64,000 nucleotides of DNA from Octopus sinensis (taxonomy: Eukaryota), in NCBI RefSeq assembly GCF_006345805.1, contig NW_021829853.1:62001-126000 (forward strand), in the 5' to 3' direction. Under the pieces are notes generated by a model, which saw only the letters and a program-made list of their open reading frames with translations, ran no database searches and had not been told where the DNA came from. A program made the position numbers and the translations under genes. This document shows, one piece after another, positions 28,606 through 40,911 of the stretch (position 1 is its first letter; every line of letters starts with the position of its first letter).

Positions 28606-28701
28606 CGGCTACCTCTGATGAGCGTGGGGTTATATAGTCGGATTGTTAAACCTAACATTCCGTTGTACCCCTAGTGCGAAACCGATTGGTAAGATCAGCC
28701 G
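28606..28701 (+). ncRNA. Near-canonical type I hammerhead ribozyme with long stem II
   Basis: cggct-acct-CTGATGA(28615-21), 56-nt hairpin, GAAA(28678-81), cc gatt g, GTA(28689-91), ag-atc-agccg. Confidence 0.75.
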
Positions 28702-28734
28702 TGATGGATATTTAATACTGTACACTTTGGATTA

Positions 28735-29900
28735 TATACGCTGCCTTGTACACGGTCTTTGTCGACTTGACCAAGACCTTTGATGCAGTAAATCGTGAAG
28801 CTAGACTTACTGATAAAATGGTAAGGTTGATAGTATCTCTGTACAAAGGAAAGATGACAACAGTGATATCTAGTAGTTCAGAGGCATATTCTGCTGCCAC
28901 TGGAACCAAACGGGGATGAGGTTTGGCCCCTGTACTGTTTTCCGTATTCTTCTTGATGATGCTCCAACATACTTTCAGGGATTACCATAAAAGGTGTAAA
29001 TTTCCAGTTTCGCACAAAAGAAGAAGGTCTGTTAAACCTGAAAGGGCAAAGTTTCAGAAGATCAAAGGAAAAGACCAAGGAAGAGATCCTGCGTCACTTT
29101 CTGTTTTCTGATGATTTCTCACGCATTTGAGGGAATTCAGGAAACGGTCGGTAGGTTTGTTGCGGCAGCTGCTCGTGCATTTGGGTTGACTACCAACATC
29201 AAGAAGGTTAAAGTTGGTTATTCCAACCAAGGCCTGGGACAGGACATACTCAAGACTCGAACGTAGTGATAAACAAGAAGCCACTCAAATGGGTCAGGTC
29301 TTGGAAGTACAGTAAGCTTTTAAGAGTATTCTTGACTACGAAATCAATGTTAGAATAGCTAAAGCTACAAGCGCTTTTGGAAGGCTTGCCCAGTCTTTGT
29401 GGGATGAATGCGATGTCAGTGTGAAAACTAAAATGAGTGTGTACGAATTTTGTATTTTGAGCATTTATGTATGGGGTAGAAGTATGGACTCCTTACTACA
29501 GACATATGAAGAAACTTAAAACCTTCCACGTGTGCTGTCTGTGCAACATATACCACATAAAATGGCAAGATATCCAATGCCAAAATCTTCGAAAAATGTG
29601 ATATCTCCAGCATCAAAAGCATGCTGCTGATAGTTCCGTATAGATGAGTAGGACATATTCTTCGAATGAAAGACGATCGTATTTCTTTTGTATAGCCAAC
29701 AAGTAGAGGGATACCGCGGTAAAGGAAGACCTGTCCTTAGGTATAAGGATAAATTGAGGCAATCACTAAAATCTCTACAGCTTAATTTGACATCTTGAGT
29801 AAGTTATTGCCTTGATCGATCTTCATGGCGTAACATGTGTCATGGATTCATCAAGATAATTTGATTTGAAGAGAAAAGAACAATAAAAGAATTATATCCT
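28735..29900 (+). mobile_element. RTE (BovB-like) LINE RT and C-terminal relic, heavily degraded
   Basis: VFVDLTKTFDAVNR, LAPVLFSVFF, FLFSDD, EINVRIAKATSAFGRL, TKMSVY, GHILRMKDDR, GRPVLRYKD, ALDRSSWR, spread over shifting frames. Confidence 0.85.
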
Positions 29901-30369
29901 GCAATCAACAGACACAGTTATCCAATCCCAGGCAAAAAGAAAAATCATTCAATGTCCCCATTGCGACTTTATAGCATCCATCGCAAATAGATGCAACTTC
30001 TTAGTGTGTGTGTTTTTTTATTTCTTTTTTCTTTCTTTCTGTTACTGTCTTTAACTTAAAGTCCCTTCCTTCAAACACTCATACGTCGAAACGGACGGGA
30101 GAGACGTGCATTGGTAATATATATATTTAGGCGGCGAGCTGGCAGAAACGTTAGCGCGCCGGGCGAAATGCTTAGCGGTATTTCGTCTGTCGTTACGTTG
30201 TGAGTTCAAATTCCGCCGAGGTCGACTTTGCCTTTCATCCTTTCGGGGTCGATAAATTAAGTACCAGTTACGCACTGGGGTCGATGTAATCGACTTAATA
30301 CCTATGTCTGTCGTTGTTTGTCCCCTCTATGTTTAGCCCCTTGTGAGTAATAAAGAAATAGGTAATATA

Positions 30370-30422
<53 letters not shown>

Positions 30423-30430
30423 TATATATT

Positions 30431-30523
<93 letters not shown>

Positions 30524-32699
30524 TAACAATATAGGATGAAGTCCCTTTCTCTACAGAAAAGGAATCCATCAGGAAGCGTGGGCAGTATATTAAAAAAAAC
30601 CGTTACGGTTGAAGTATAAACATCATATAATTAAGGGCTAAAGAGGGTTATTCTAAAGCCAATACACTGATTTATCCACTTATAATCCGCTTGCTACAGG
30701 AGAATTGAAACTGTGCCAGCTTTACATTATATTTTTCGTCGAAGTTTAACTATGTCACCTTGATGATATATTTTTACGCGTGGACAAATAATAGAGAGAT
30801 AATGTGGATCAGATGATATTACATGCTGACAAGGGCTTGGTAAAGGACTGTTAGAATGTTTAGGGATACGGTCCTATACGTTCGGGTTTCAACCCTCACC
30901 GAAATTCAAAACAAGCCGTCTGTTCTTCCACGGTCGAGAAAATACATCGATCAAGTATTGGAGATCGATATAAATGATTATACCCTCCACTCACCCCAAA
31001 ATATATGCTTTGTGTCTATAATCAATATTACAAATATATTGTTATTGCTATTTAACTCAGGTCATCCTGATAAACCCGGTTGAGGATCAAAAGGTTCCAA
31101 CTATGACCAACCCGTATTTTTGCGCCCTCCCCTTTTTTTTTCAGATATAGCATCTATGATTATATTAGCCAATGTACCCTTCCTTTAACCCAGTGGTATA
31201 TGGTTTTATGGGGATTTGGGTGTTATTCCTAGCACATCGACGAGCGAAAACGCAGAGGTGCCCTGATTATGTGCGAGTATGCGTGTGGATGGGTACGTGT
31301 GTGTATGTGGGTGCATACAAGCCAAATAACCGGTTCAAGGCGTGTGTCAAACTGAAGAATCAAAGCGTGTGCACAAGTTTATAGTAAATATATACATTGT
31401 ATAGAGAAAACACCCGAAGCCTATACAAAAACACTGAATATGTGTTTATTATTCATCCAAAGTAAACAGTACGTGTGTGCTGTTTACGTCACAGTAACAA
31501 TATGTTTAGACGGGGCAAATAATTTCAACTGAATACAGAGAATACGATTGGTTAAAATTCGCAGATTTAAACTACGTTTAAACTTATAAAATACATTTTT
31601 GTCAAAAAAACTAGTTGAAATTATTGTTTTCTTTTGACACATTCTACCAGTATACGAAGTTTCAAATTATTTAGTTAACTAGAAAAATCTGGCTTTCAAA
31701 AAGAAAAGATCCGGAACGAATAAATAACAAAATCAGATTTAAAGGGGGAAATTATGTCAGTAGGTGCAGGAGTGGATGTGAAGTAAGAAGTTTGCTTCTC
31801 AGCCACATGGTTCCGGGTTCAGTCCCACTGCGTGGAACCTTGGCCAACTGTCTTCTACTATAACCTTGGGTCGACCAAAGACTTGTTAGTGGATTTAGTA
31901 GACGGAAACTGAAAGAAGCCCGTCGTATATATGTCTGTGTGTGTGCATATTTTGTGTCTGTATCTGTCCCCTCCCCCACCATCGCTTGACAACCGATGTT
32001 GGTGTGTTTTCATCCCTGTAACGTAGCGGTTTGGCAAAAGAGACCGATAGAATAAGTACTAGTCTTACAAAAAATAAGTTCTGGGGTCGATTTGTTCGAC
32101 TAAAGGTGGTGCTCCAGCATGGCCGCAGTCAAATGACTAAAACAAGTAAAAGGATAAAAGAATACCAAATTTGAACATTTTGACGTAATTTTAAAATCTC
32201 ACAATATTTGACAGCAACAGGGAAGACCCTACAAAAGTAGAGAGGCAGACAGTTATAGGACGTCACACACACACCTTTACAAACGTATACACAGGTAATA
32301 ACGAGTTTAAAATGGTATATAGTAGACATATGTATGTATGTAAGTATGTGTGTGTGTTGTATCTGTATTTACGAAAGTATGTATGCAGCGTCGCGTGTAT
32401 ACGACAGCTTTATTAACGTTATCATCCCATTTTCGCCTTCACTGTTGTAAGTCACCCTCTCTCTGTTACTACCTTTCCCTCAATTACTACCTCAGACTTA
32501 TACTTGTTGCAACTTTCTCATTTTATCATATAATTCGCCCACAACCTAGTGGGACTCATTCTAGATTTTTATTGAAATCCAATTCGCCTATTATTGAACT
32601 GGATGTTAGTGTCACATGTATGCAAGGTTTCGTGAATATGAATTCGGTGGTTTAGGCACTAAGGTGGTAACAGATGGACGAACAGACAGACAGAAATTG

Positions 32700-32739
<40 letters not shown>

Positions 32740-32754
32740 CAATTTCTGTTTGTC

Positions 32755-32889
<135 letters not shown>

Positions 32890-32963
32890 ATCGTAATGGT
32901 AAGACAACAAAAGAATGAAAGAGACCTCGATATATGTAAATAGAGGCATTATCTGTAAATATA

Positions 32964-33168
32964 ATGTGACAATTATTCGGTAATCATGATAAAACTCCGA
33001 GTTTCGGATGTCGGGACGGTAACCCGCACCTGCATCTCTTCAGTTATCGGGCCATCGGAAAAATACTATGAAAATGATGGCCCGATAACTGAAGAGATGC
33101 CGGTGCGGGTTTCCGTCCCGACATCCGAAACTCGGAGTTTTATCATGGATACCGAATAATTGTCACAT
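32964..33168. ncRNA. Divergent inverted pair of hammerhead motifs (93-bp arms)
   Basis: + copy: gataa-CTGAAGA(33089-95)-gatg...catc-c-GAAA(33127-30)-ctcgga-GTT-ttatc. Mirror copy at 32964-33056. Confidence 0.75.
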
Positions 33169-33177
33169 ATATATATA

Positions 33178-33232
<55 letters not shown>

Positions 33233-33889
33233 GTGTGTGTGTGTGTGTGTGTGTGGTGTGTGTGTGTGTGTATATATATGTATGTATGTGTGTACGTATG
33301 TCGTCTGAAAAAAAGCACATTCAAAATTATAGAGCAGTTACTCTTTACTCCTTTACTTGTTTCAGTCATTTGACTGTGGCCATGCTGGAGCACCGCCTTT
33401 AGTCGAGCAAATCGACCCCAGGACTTATTCTTTGTAAGCCCAGTACTTATTCTATCGGTCTCTTTTGCCAACCGCTAAGTTACGGTGACGTAAACACACC
33501 AGCATCGGTTGTCAAGCAATGTTTTGGGGGGGGGGGGACAAACACAGACACACAAACATATACACACGCACATACATACACATATATACGACGGTCTCCT
33601 TTCAGTTTCATTCTACCAAATCCACTTACAACGCTTTGGTCGGTCCCGAGGCTATAGTAGAAGACACTTGCCCAAGGTGCCACGCAGTGGGACTGAACCC
33701 GGGACCATGTAGTTGGTAAACAAGCTACTTACCACACAGTTAGTATATATTAAATTTATACATATAACCACATGGTTCCGGTTTCAGTCCGACTGCGTAA
33801 CACCTTAGCCAAATGTCTTCTACTATAGCTTTGGGCCGACCAAGGCCTTGTGAGTGGATCTGGTAGGTGGAAACTAAAAGAAGCCCGTC

Positions 33890-33936
<47 letters not shown>

Positions 33937-34540
33937 CCCCATCATCACTTGACAACCGATGTTAGTGTGTTTACGTCCCCGTAACTTAATCTTTCCGCAA
34001 GAGAGACCGATAGAATAAGTACTAGGCTTACAAAGAATAAATCCTGGGATCGGATAAACCGATCCCAGGACTTATTCTTTGTAACCCTAGAATTTGAGTA
34101 CTCTTTTTTCCACCTTGTTTCACATTTATGTGTTTACTCCGGTATATATATATATAGTTCACTAATGACGCATAACGACGCAGAACCACGTGTTCACAGT
34201 TCTGTGACATCATTCATGGCTCAGTGCCTCGTGTTTTTCCTATACGCGTTACCTATAAGATGATTTTTCTCTTTCAAGGCAGTCAGTTTCTTTATTAACC
34301 ATGTGGTTGAGAAAAAAGGGGACGATGCGAGGACAGACAAAACAAACATTCGGGTCAGGGTATCGAATGAGACGAAACGTATGAATATACAAACAATTAA
34401 AATATGTACAATTAAATGAGAATGAGTGATTTATCACCGCAGCAAAGATCTTTCCACATCTGAATGTACCCGAGCGTGTTTATAATTGTACACAACCTTA
34501 TTTTAATCAGTACTGCTTAGCATGCCCTTAGTATGTGTGC

Positions 34541-34609
<69 letters not shown>

Positions 34610-35067
34610 TGAGAAAGAGAGAGAGAGAAAGGAGTGAAAGTCACTGCCTGTGAGATGATAGTGATGTGTGTGTGTGTGTGTGTGCGTCTGTGTTTGTACC
34701 TGACCACCGTTTGACAACCGGTGCTGGTGTGTCCCCGAAAATTAGCGGTTTGGCAAAGGAAACCTATAGAATAAATAGCGGGGTTTTTCAACAAAAAAAA
34801 AAAAGAAAGAAAGCACTGCAGTCGATTCACTCGACTAAAAATTCTTCAATGAGGTACTCCAGCATGGCAGGAGTCCAATGAATGAAACAAGTAAAAGATA
34901 AACTATATATATATATATATTCTTTATTGCCCACAAGGGGCTTAACACAGAGGGGACAAACAAGGACAAAGGGATTAAGTCGATTACATCTTCGCCAGTG
35001 CATAACTGGTACTTATTTAATTGACCCCGAAAGGATGAAAGGCGAAGTCAATTTTCGGTGGTTTTTA

Positions 35068-35115
<48 letters not shown>

Positions 35116-35439
35116 TAAAAAACACCGAAAATTGACGCCTGCGATAGACATACAGAGAGAGGGGAAGAAGGATCGACAAAATACGCAGAGAAGGGGAAAA
35201 TGCGTAAAAATTAAATGGTCAATGAACGACAAAATGGGAAGGAAATAAAGAGAGAAGAAAAACGAAATGGAAGAAACAACTAAAAACGAGGGTGCCCCAG
35301 CATGGCCACAGCTCGTGAGCTGAAACTAGATAAAATCACAAAATCAATATATATATACACTACATACACACACACATACACAATGTGTGCGACATACGCA
35401 CACAAATACACAGCAGAGAGAAACAGAGAAAAAGGATAG

Positions 35440-35676
35440 AGATGAACGGGCGGGAAAGAGAGATATAAAGAGAGCGAGAGAGAGGGTTAAGGTGCCTTTC
35501 CTCCGTTAACAACCATCTATCACAACTACTACTACTATTACTACTGTTGCTGCTGCTGCTACTACTGCTCGTATGTAAGTGTTGAGTGCGCAGGTCTGTC
35601 TGCCTGTCTGTCCGTCAGTGTTGTAAAAAGGTTGAGTTTCTGGCAATTTCCTCCACTTTCTCATCTCTCCTTCAAG
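35440..35676 (+). promoter_or_regulatory. Likely SOD1 core promoter and 5' UTR
   Basis: Largely unique, CpG-retaining stretch directly upstream of the ATG, with a gggcggg box (~35448) and an Inr-like TCAGT (~35615). Positional inference only. Confidence 0.35.
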
Positions 35677-35742
35677 ATGCAGGCTGTTTGTGTTCTGGGA
35701 AGTTCCGAGAGTGTTTCAGGCAAAATCTACTTCAAACAAGAG
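35677..35742 (+). CDS. SOD1: Cu/Zn superoxide dismutase, exon 1 (MQAVCVLGSSESVSGKIYFKQE)
   Basis: ATG at 35677 (aagATG), 22 codons matching the SOD1 N-terminus (AVCVL...G.I.F.Q), then a gtaaac donor in phase 0, as in vertebrate SOD1 exon 1. Confidence 0.93.
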
Positions 35743-35883
35743 GTAAACTCAATATAACAACAACCAAATGCTTTTCTAATTTTATTTATTTATTAATCTT
35801 TCATTTCCTATAGTTTACTCTTTCTTTTATTATCTTATATAATAATAATAATAATAACTGCTCCAGCCCAATCGCTCTATTTT

Positions 35884-35916
<33 letters not shown>

Positions 35917-35925
35917 CACACACAC

Positions 35926-36535
35926 ACGGTTCCCTAATCAAGCACCTAATGAATTGTAAAACCGAGGCGTGAAACGATTAAAACGAAATTTAAATATATT
36001 TTGTTTCTGCTTTTATGTAAGAAATAAGGTGTATAATTTGTAAAAATGATAAACATGTAGATACATATTTATGTGCGTATATGTATGTATATATATATAT
36101 ATATATACACTACCTTTGGATATCCTTGTTGCTTATTTTGATTATAATCAACCCATTTGATTGATATGGATAATACCATACCAAATTCTGGTGCCTTTAA
36201 CTTAAGTACCATATTCATCTAAATCTAAATTTTTGCTGAACTTATGTGTGTATATATATATGTATATAGAGAGAATTGGCCAAAAGTCACCCGACAGTAA
36301 ATCGAAACTCCATAAATACTTAATATTCAATTTTTATTTATTCGTTCCAATTATGAATGTTTAATAATTAAATGCTGTGAGTTAAAATCACCGTCATTTT
36401 TTTTCAGCATTTGTCTATTTATTAGCGAAGTCTCCAAATAATTTTTTTGCTTTAATCTTGGAATTAAATGGATTATGGTTTACTGTCCGGTGACTTGGCC
36501 AACCCTGTATACATAGATATGCACATGTCTGTGCA

Positions 36536-36573
<38 letters not shown>

Positions 36574-36717
36574 CGCACACACAGGCATATATATATGTAT
36601 CTGCATGTGTATTATACACCCTGTTTCTTATATAAAAGCATATAAATTACCTAGATTTCGTTTTAATCGTTTCATGTCTCGGTTTTACAGTTCATTAGGT
36701 GCTTGATTAGGACCCGT
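35926..36717. mobile_element. Nested MITEs in proximal SOD1 intron 1
   Basis: Inverted repeats of ~65 bp (35926-35992 and 36651-36717) enclose a mariner-type MITE (ttggccaaaagtcacc ... ggtgacttggccaaccctgta, ~36276-36509). Confidence 0.6.
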
Positions 36718-37756
36718 TTATATATTTATATATATATATATATGTGTGTGTGTGTGCATGTATATATATATATATATAAAATGTTCGATCTTGTTGCAAA
36801 TGTAGAACATTTGTACACCATTTACAAAAAATTACCGACGTAATTTATTTACATTAAAATAAAAACCTCGCTTTTCGCTTTTTTTTCCTCGTCTATGAAT
36901 TTCACATTGCCTGAATTTCTAATTGTAGTTTTCTTATATTAATCCCTTTTTTTATCATTATTTTATTTACAAACTCGTTAAAAATAAAATCGCTCAAGCA
37001 CGTCGAAATGCGGTTGTTATGGTGTTTAAACCTTTCTCAAGGACATTATTTGTAAGTCGCTGATGAGTACTTTGCCCAGGGATCGAAACTGCACATATTT
37101 TTCATTTTGGGTTTGTTTCTATCTACATTGATGTAATTTAAACTGCATGGCCTGCTAGAAATATCAGCTAAATCTCCCTTAAAACTTATTCTACCTTAAC
37201 ATCAGATAATACAATTCTAAGTGGATGGGCGTGGTTGTAATCATTTTATTTAAACAGTAATGGACAATTCTAAACAACTGCGAAATCCCTTAACTATCAT
37301 TACCTCTACACATTCAAAAATAAACGGCATTAATTTCCCTCCCGTATAAAACCTGTTTTCTCTGCCTTTTTACACCTATTATGTCCGCCACATTACAGTC
37401 TGTCTGAATCTACCCCGAGGAAGTCCTGTTTCTCTGTGTTTGTAGAACCTGATATGGTGGGTGACAAAGTCCAGGACCCTCCTATCAATGTCACAGTTCT
37501 GTCGTAGTTTTCCCCCATGTAGGAAGTCTCCCTTGGCTGTGTTTCTTATGCCCAAGGCAGGCACAAGGGCTTAATTACACCACAAATGGTCTTCACTAAT
37601 ATCAGTTCAGTGTATTATAATTATACGATACGCGTTGGAAGTGATTTAGTTTTAGTTACTGATATACTTTTCTGTGACCCTAACAGTTAATTAATTAGTA
37701 TATATATGCGCGAAAGTAAAGAATACGCACACCCGGTGTTTAGGGTTATATATATT

Positions 37757-38352
37757 GGGCTGCGAGCTGGCAGAACCGTTAGCACGCCGGCGAAATGCTT
37801 AGCGGTATTTCGTCTGCCGCTACGCCCTGAAGTTCAAATTCCGTCGAGGTCGACTTTGCCTTTCATCCTTTCCGGGTCGATAAATTAAGTACCAGTTACG
37901 CACTGGGGCCGATATAATCGACTTAATCCGTTTGTCTGTCCTTGTTTGTCCCCTCTGTGTTTAGTCCCTTGTGGGTAGTAGAGAAATAGGTATTTCGTCT
38001 GCCGCTACGCCCTGAGTTCAAATTCCGTCGAGGTCGACTTTGCCTTTCATCCTTTCCGGGTCGATAAATTAAGTACCAGTTACGCACTGGGGCCGATATA
38101 ATCGACTTAATCCGTTTGTCTGTCCTTGTTTGTCCCCTCTGTGTTTAGTCCCTTGTGGGTAGTAGAGAAATAGGTATTTCGTCTGCCGCTACGCCCTGAG
38201 TTCAAATTCCGCCGAAGTCGACTTTGCCTTTCATCCTTTCGGGGTCGATAAATTAAGTACCAGTTACGCACTGGGGTCGATGTAATCGACTTAATCCGTT
38301 TGTCTGTCCTTGTTTGTCCCCTCTGTTTAGCCCCCTGTGGGCAATAAAGAAA
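37757..38352 (+). mobile_element. SINE family A, tandem trimer with ~184-bp period
   Basis: Units start at ggtatttcgtc 37804, 37989 and 38173. Confidence 0.9.
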
Positions 38353-40673
38353 TATATATTGGGTTGCTGCATAATTATTGCGGCTTTTTATTCAACAGTA
38401 AACATCTTACTCTTTAAGCAACATTACTAATTATAATTACTCCGGTTTAAATTTTGTTTCTTCCTCAGTTTTCCATTTTTAAGCAGTTGGGTAGGTTTTG
38501 AAAATGATTTAACTGTTTTTTCTAGCAAGTCGAGTGACATCTCATAAAAGCTATATTGTTATTTTCCTAAATAGGTTAAATTCTCGTCATTGGCCCACTT
38601 TGAGCACCTTTTAAGATAATTTTAATTAGATCCGTTCCATCAAACCATTACCCGCAAATGGCGTCAAACTTTATTCAATGTTTTCACCCACGTGTTTTCG
38701 GTTCGACCTAGTTCTGCCCCGTCTTGCCCTGACTCCCTTACTTTAGTCATCAGTGACACTCAAATTTATAGTGTTCTGTCGTAAAATGTAAACCTTATAA
38801 CTACTTTAGCTTTTTAAGCCATAAAATTCTGTGTTTATGTGACCGTTAATTAGAAACGTACCACTTTCCCGTTCTGAAACTTGGGCAATTAAGAATATTT
38901 TAAACAGTGAATATGAAAAATATATTCTTAAACTGAAAAGACATCATAGAAACGACAGACTGGACCTTTCGAATACTTCTAAAATTATAGTGTTATTTTG
39001 TTTATGAAAGATATTCAGAACAGTAATTCAATTTAATCTTAATTAATCACAGGCTCCTTCCATTATCTCATAAAATATCGTTTTTACCACACGTGTAAAC
39101 CTCTCATATTTGTCTGAAGTAAATTGAACATTTTAAATGTTTTGATTCCTTCCTCGTCATAGACGGCTCCTCAAAGAACAAACTATGTCAATTGCTGTAT
39201 ATAGCTGTTACTTAACAGAATGTAGCCTCGAGACTTCTCTTTCTTATTGGTATATAATAAATTAGTTGACTACAATAGTTGATAAAATATTTATGTAGAA
39301 TAAAGCTTAGTGTTGTAGATATGCAAATTATTTTGAGCCGGCAGAATAATTAGATGTACTTGCATAGCGAGTGACTTGATCTGAGATCGTGTGCTGGAAC
39401 AAAAACAATTGCAGCGTGGAAGATTATAAGATTTGGCTATAATTTCCAATAGATCAAACAAGTGTGTGTAGGCTCTGTCAAGAAGTAAAATAAAAATTAT
39501 GTTTCCTGTATCTGAAATGACCAAAAAGAAGAAAAATATAATAATAACCCAGCACAGGTGTGGCTGTTAGAAGTTTGTTTCCTAACCACATGGTTTTGGT
39601 TTCAGTCCCACTGTGTGACACCTTGGGCAAATGTCTAATACTGAAGCCCGAAGCCAATCAAATCCTTGTGAATGGATTTCTTAGATACTAAAAAGCCCCT
39701 CGTGTGAGTTTGTGTTGCCTTGTCTTGACAGGAGTTGTAAACGGACACCAGTGCCATATAAGCATCATTTGTTTCCAAATTTGCAGGAAAATGTTTGGTG
39801 ATGGGAAATTATTTTACTTTGCCTGCAAAAGGTGAAGGTTGGTGACAGGGACGGTGCCTGGCTATACAGCATTTTGGCTCAACTGATTCCATCTAAACCA
39901 TATGGGCCTGAAAAGGTGGTTGTTAAAATGATGACAAACTGGTAGCTTGCAGCACAGAGTAAAAAATGTGCTCTTACTCTTTTACTTGTTTCAGTCATTT
40001 GACTGCGGCCATACTGGAGTACCGCCTTTAGTCAAGCAAATCGACCCCAAGACTTATTCTTTGTAAGCCTAGAACTTATTCTATTGGTCTCCTTGCCGAA
40101 CTGCTGAGTTACGGGGATGTAAACACACCAGCATCGGTTGACAAGCGATGTTGGGGGGACAAACACACAGAAACATACACACACATATACATGATGGGCT
40201 TCTTTCAGTTTCCGTCTACCAAATCCATTCACAAAGCTTTGGTCAGCCCGAGGCTATAGTAGAAGACACTTGCCCAAGGTGTCACGCAGTGGGACTGAAC
40301 CCGGAACCATGTGATTGGTAAACAAGCTACTTACCACACAGCCACTCCTACGCCTACTCTGCCTCAAATCAATTAAAAATTTGACTAAATTAAAGCTATC
40401 ACCAGAATAAAAACACATTTTGTGGCCACTTTCTTTCACTGCTTTCCATTTGTTATCAACACTTAATATTGTGCTACAAAAAAAAACTTATCATTGGCTT
40501 ATCTTTATAAACTGCAAAATTCTTGAAAATCATATGCTAAATTTTAAAATATCTTATCAGCCCCCAGAAAGCTGTGCTACAGCATGGCCTTGACTCTCAT
40601 CATTTCTGTAGATCTTTTTACAAACCCCTGCTGCATGACAACCAGTTTTGCTCTCTCTCATCACTTGTTTTAA

Positions 40674-40911
40674 CCCTTTCCTGACTCTGTCTCTCTTGAA
40701 ATGCACCTTCTTTATTTCAGTTAAGTTTGAAAATAATCAAGAATATAGTAAATGCCATAAGTTTTGAATTAAAATCTTCCGTCAAACCTTAGTCACAATT
40801 TATGTTCCTAACACTTACTGAATGATAAGTTATTTTACTAAATTCTTTGCTATATTTAAAATAATTGAAAGAAACACAGATCATCTCAAAATAAATACAG
40901 TAACGAAAGGG
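40674..40911. mobile_element. piggyBac-type MITE
   Basis: TTAA|ccctttc ... gaaaggg|TTAA (TTAA target duplication, CCC termini). Confidence 0.7.

Noticed and set aside
35586-35813. 75-aa ORF overlapping the SOD1 start
   Set aside because: It is in a different frame from the SOD1 exon 1 peptide and is incidental.
37060-37095. Functional hammerhead in SOD1 intron 1 (CTGATGA...GAAA)
   Set aside because: Stem II is mismatched and stems I and III do not close; counted only as a decayed copy.
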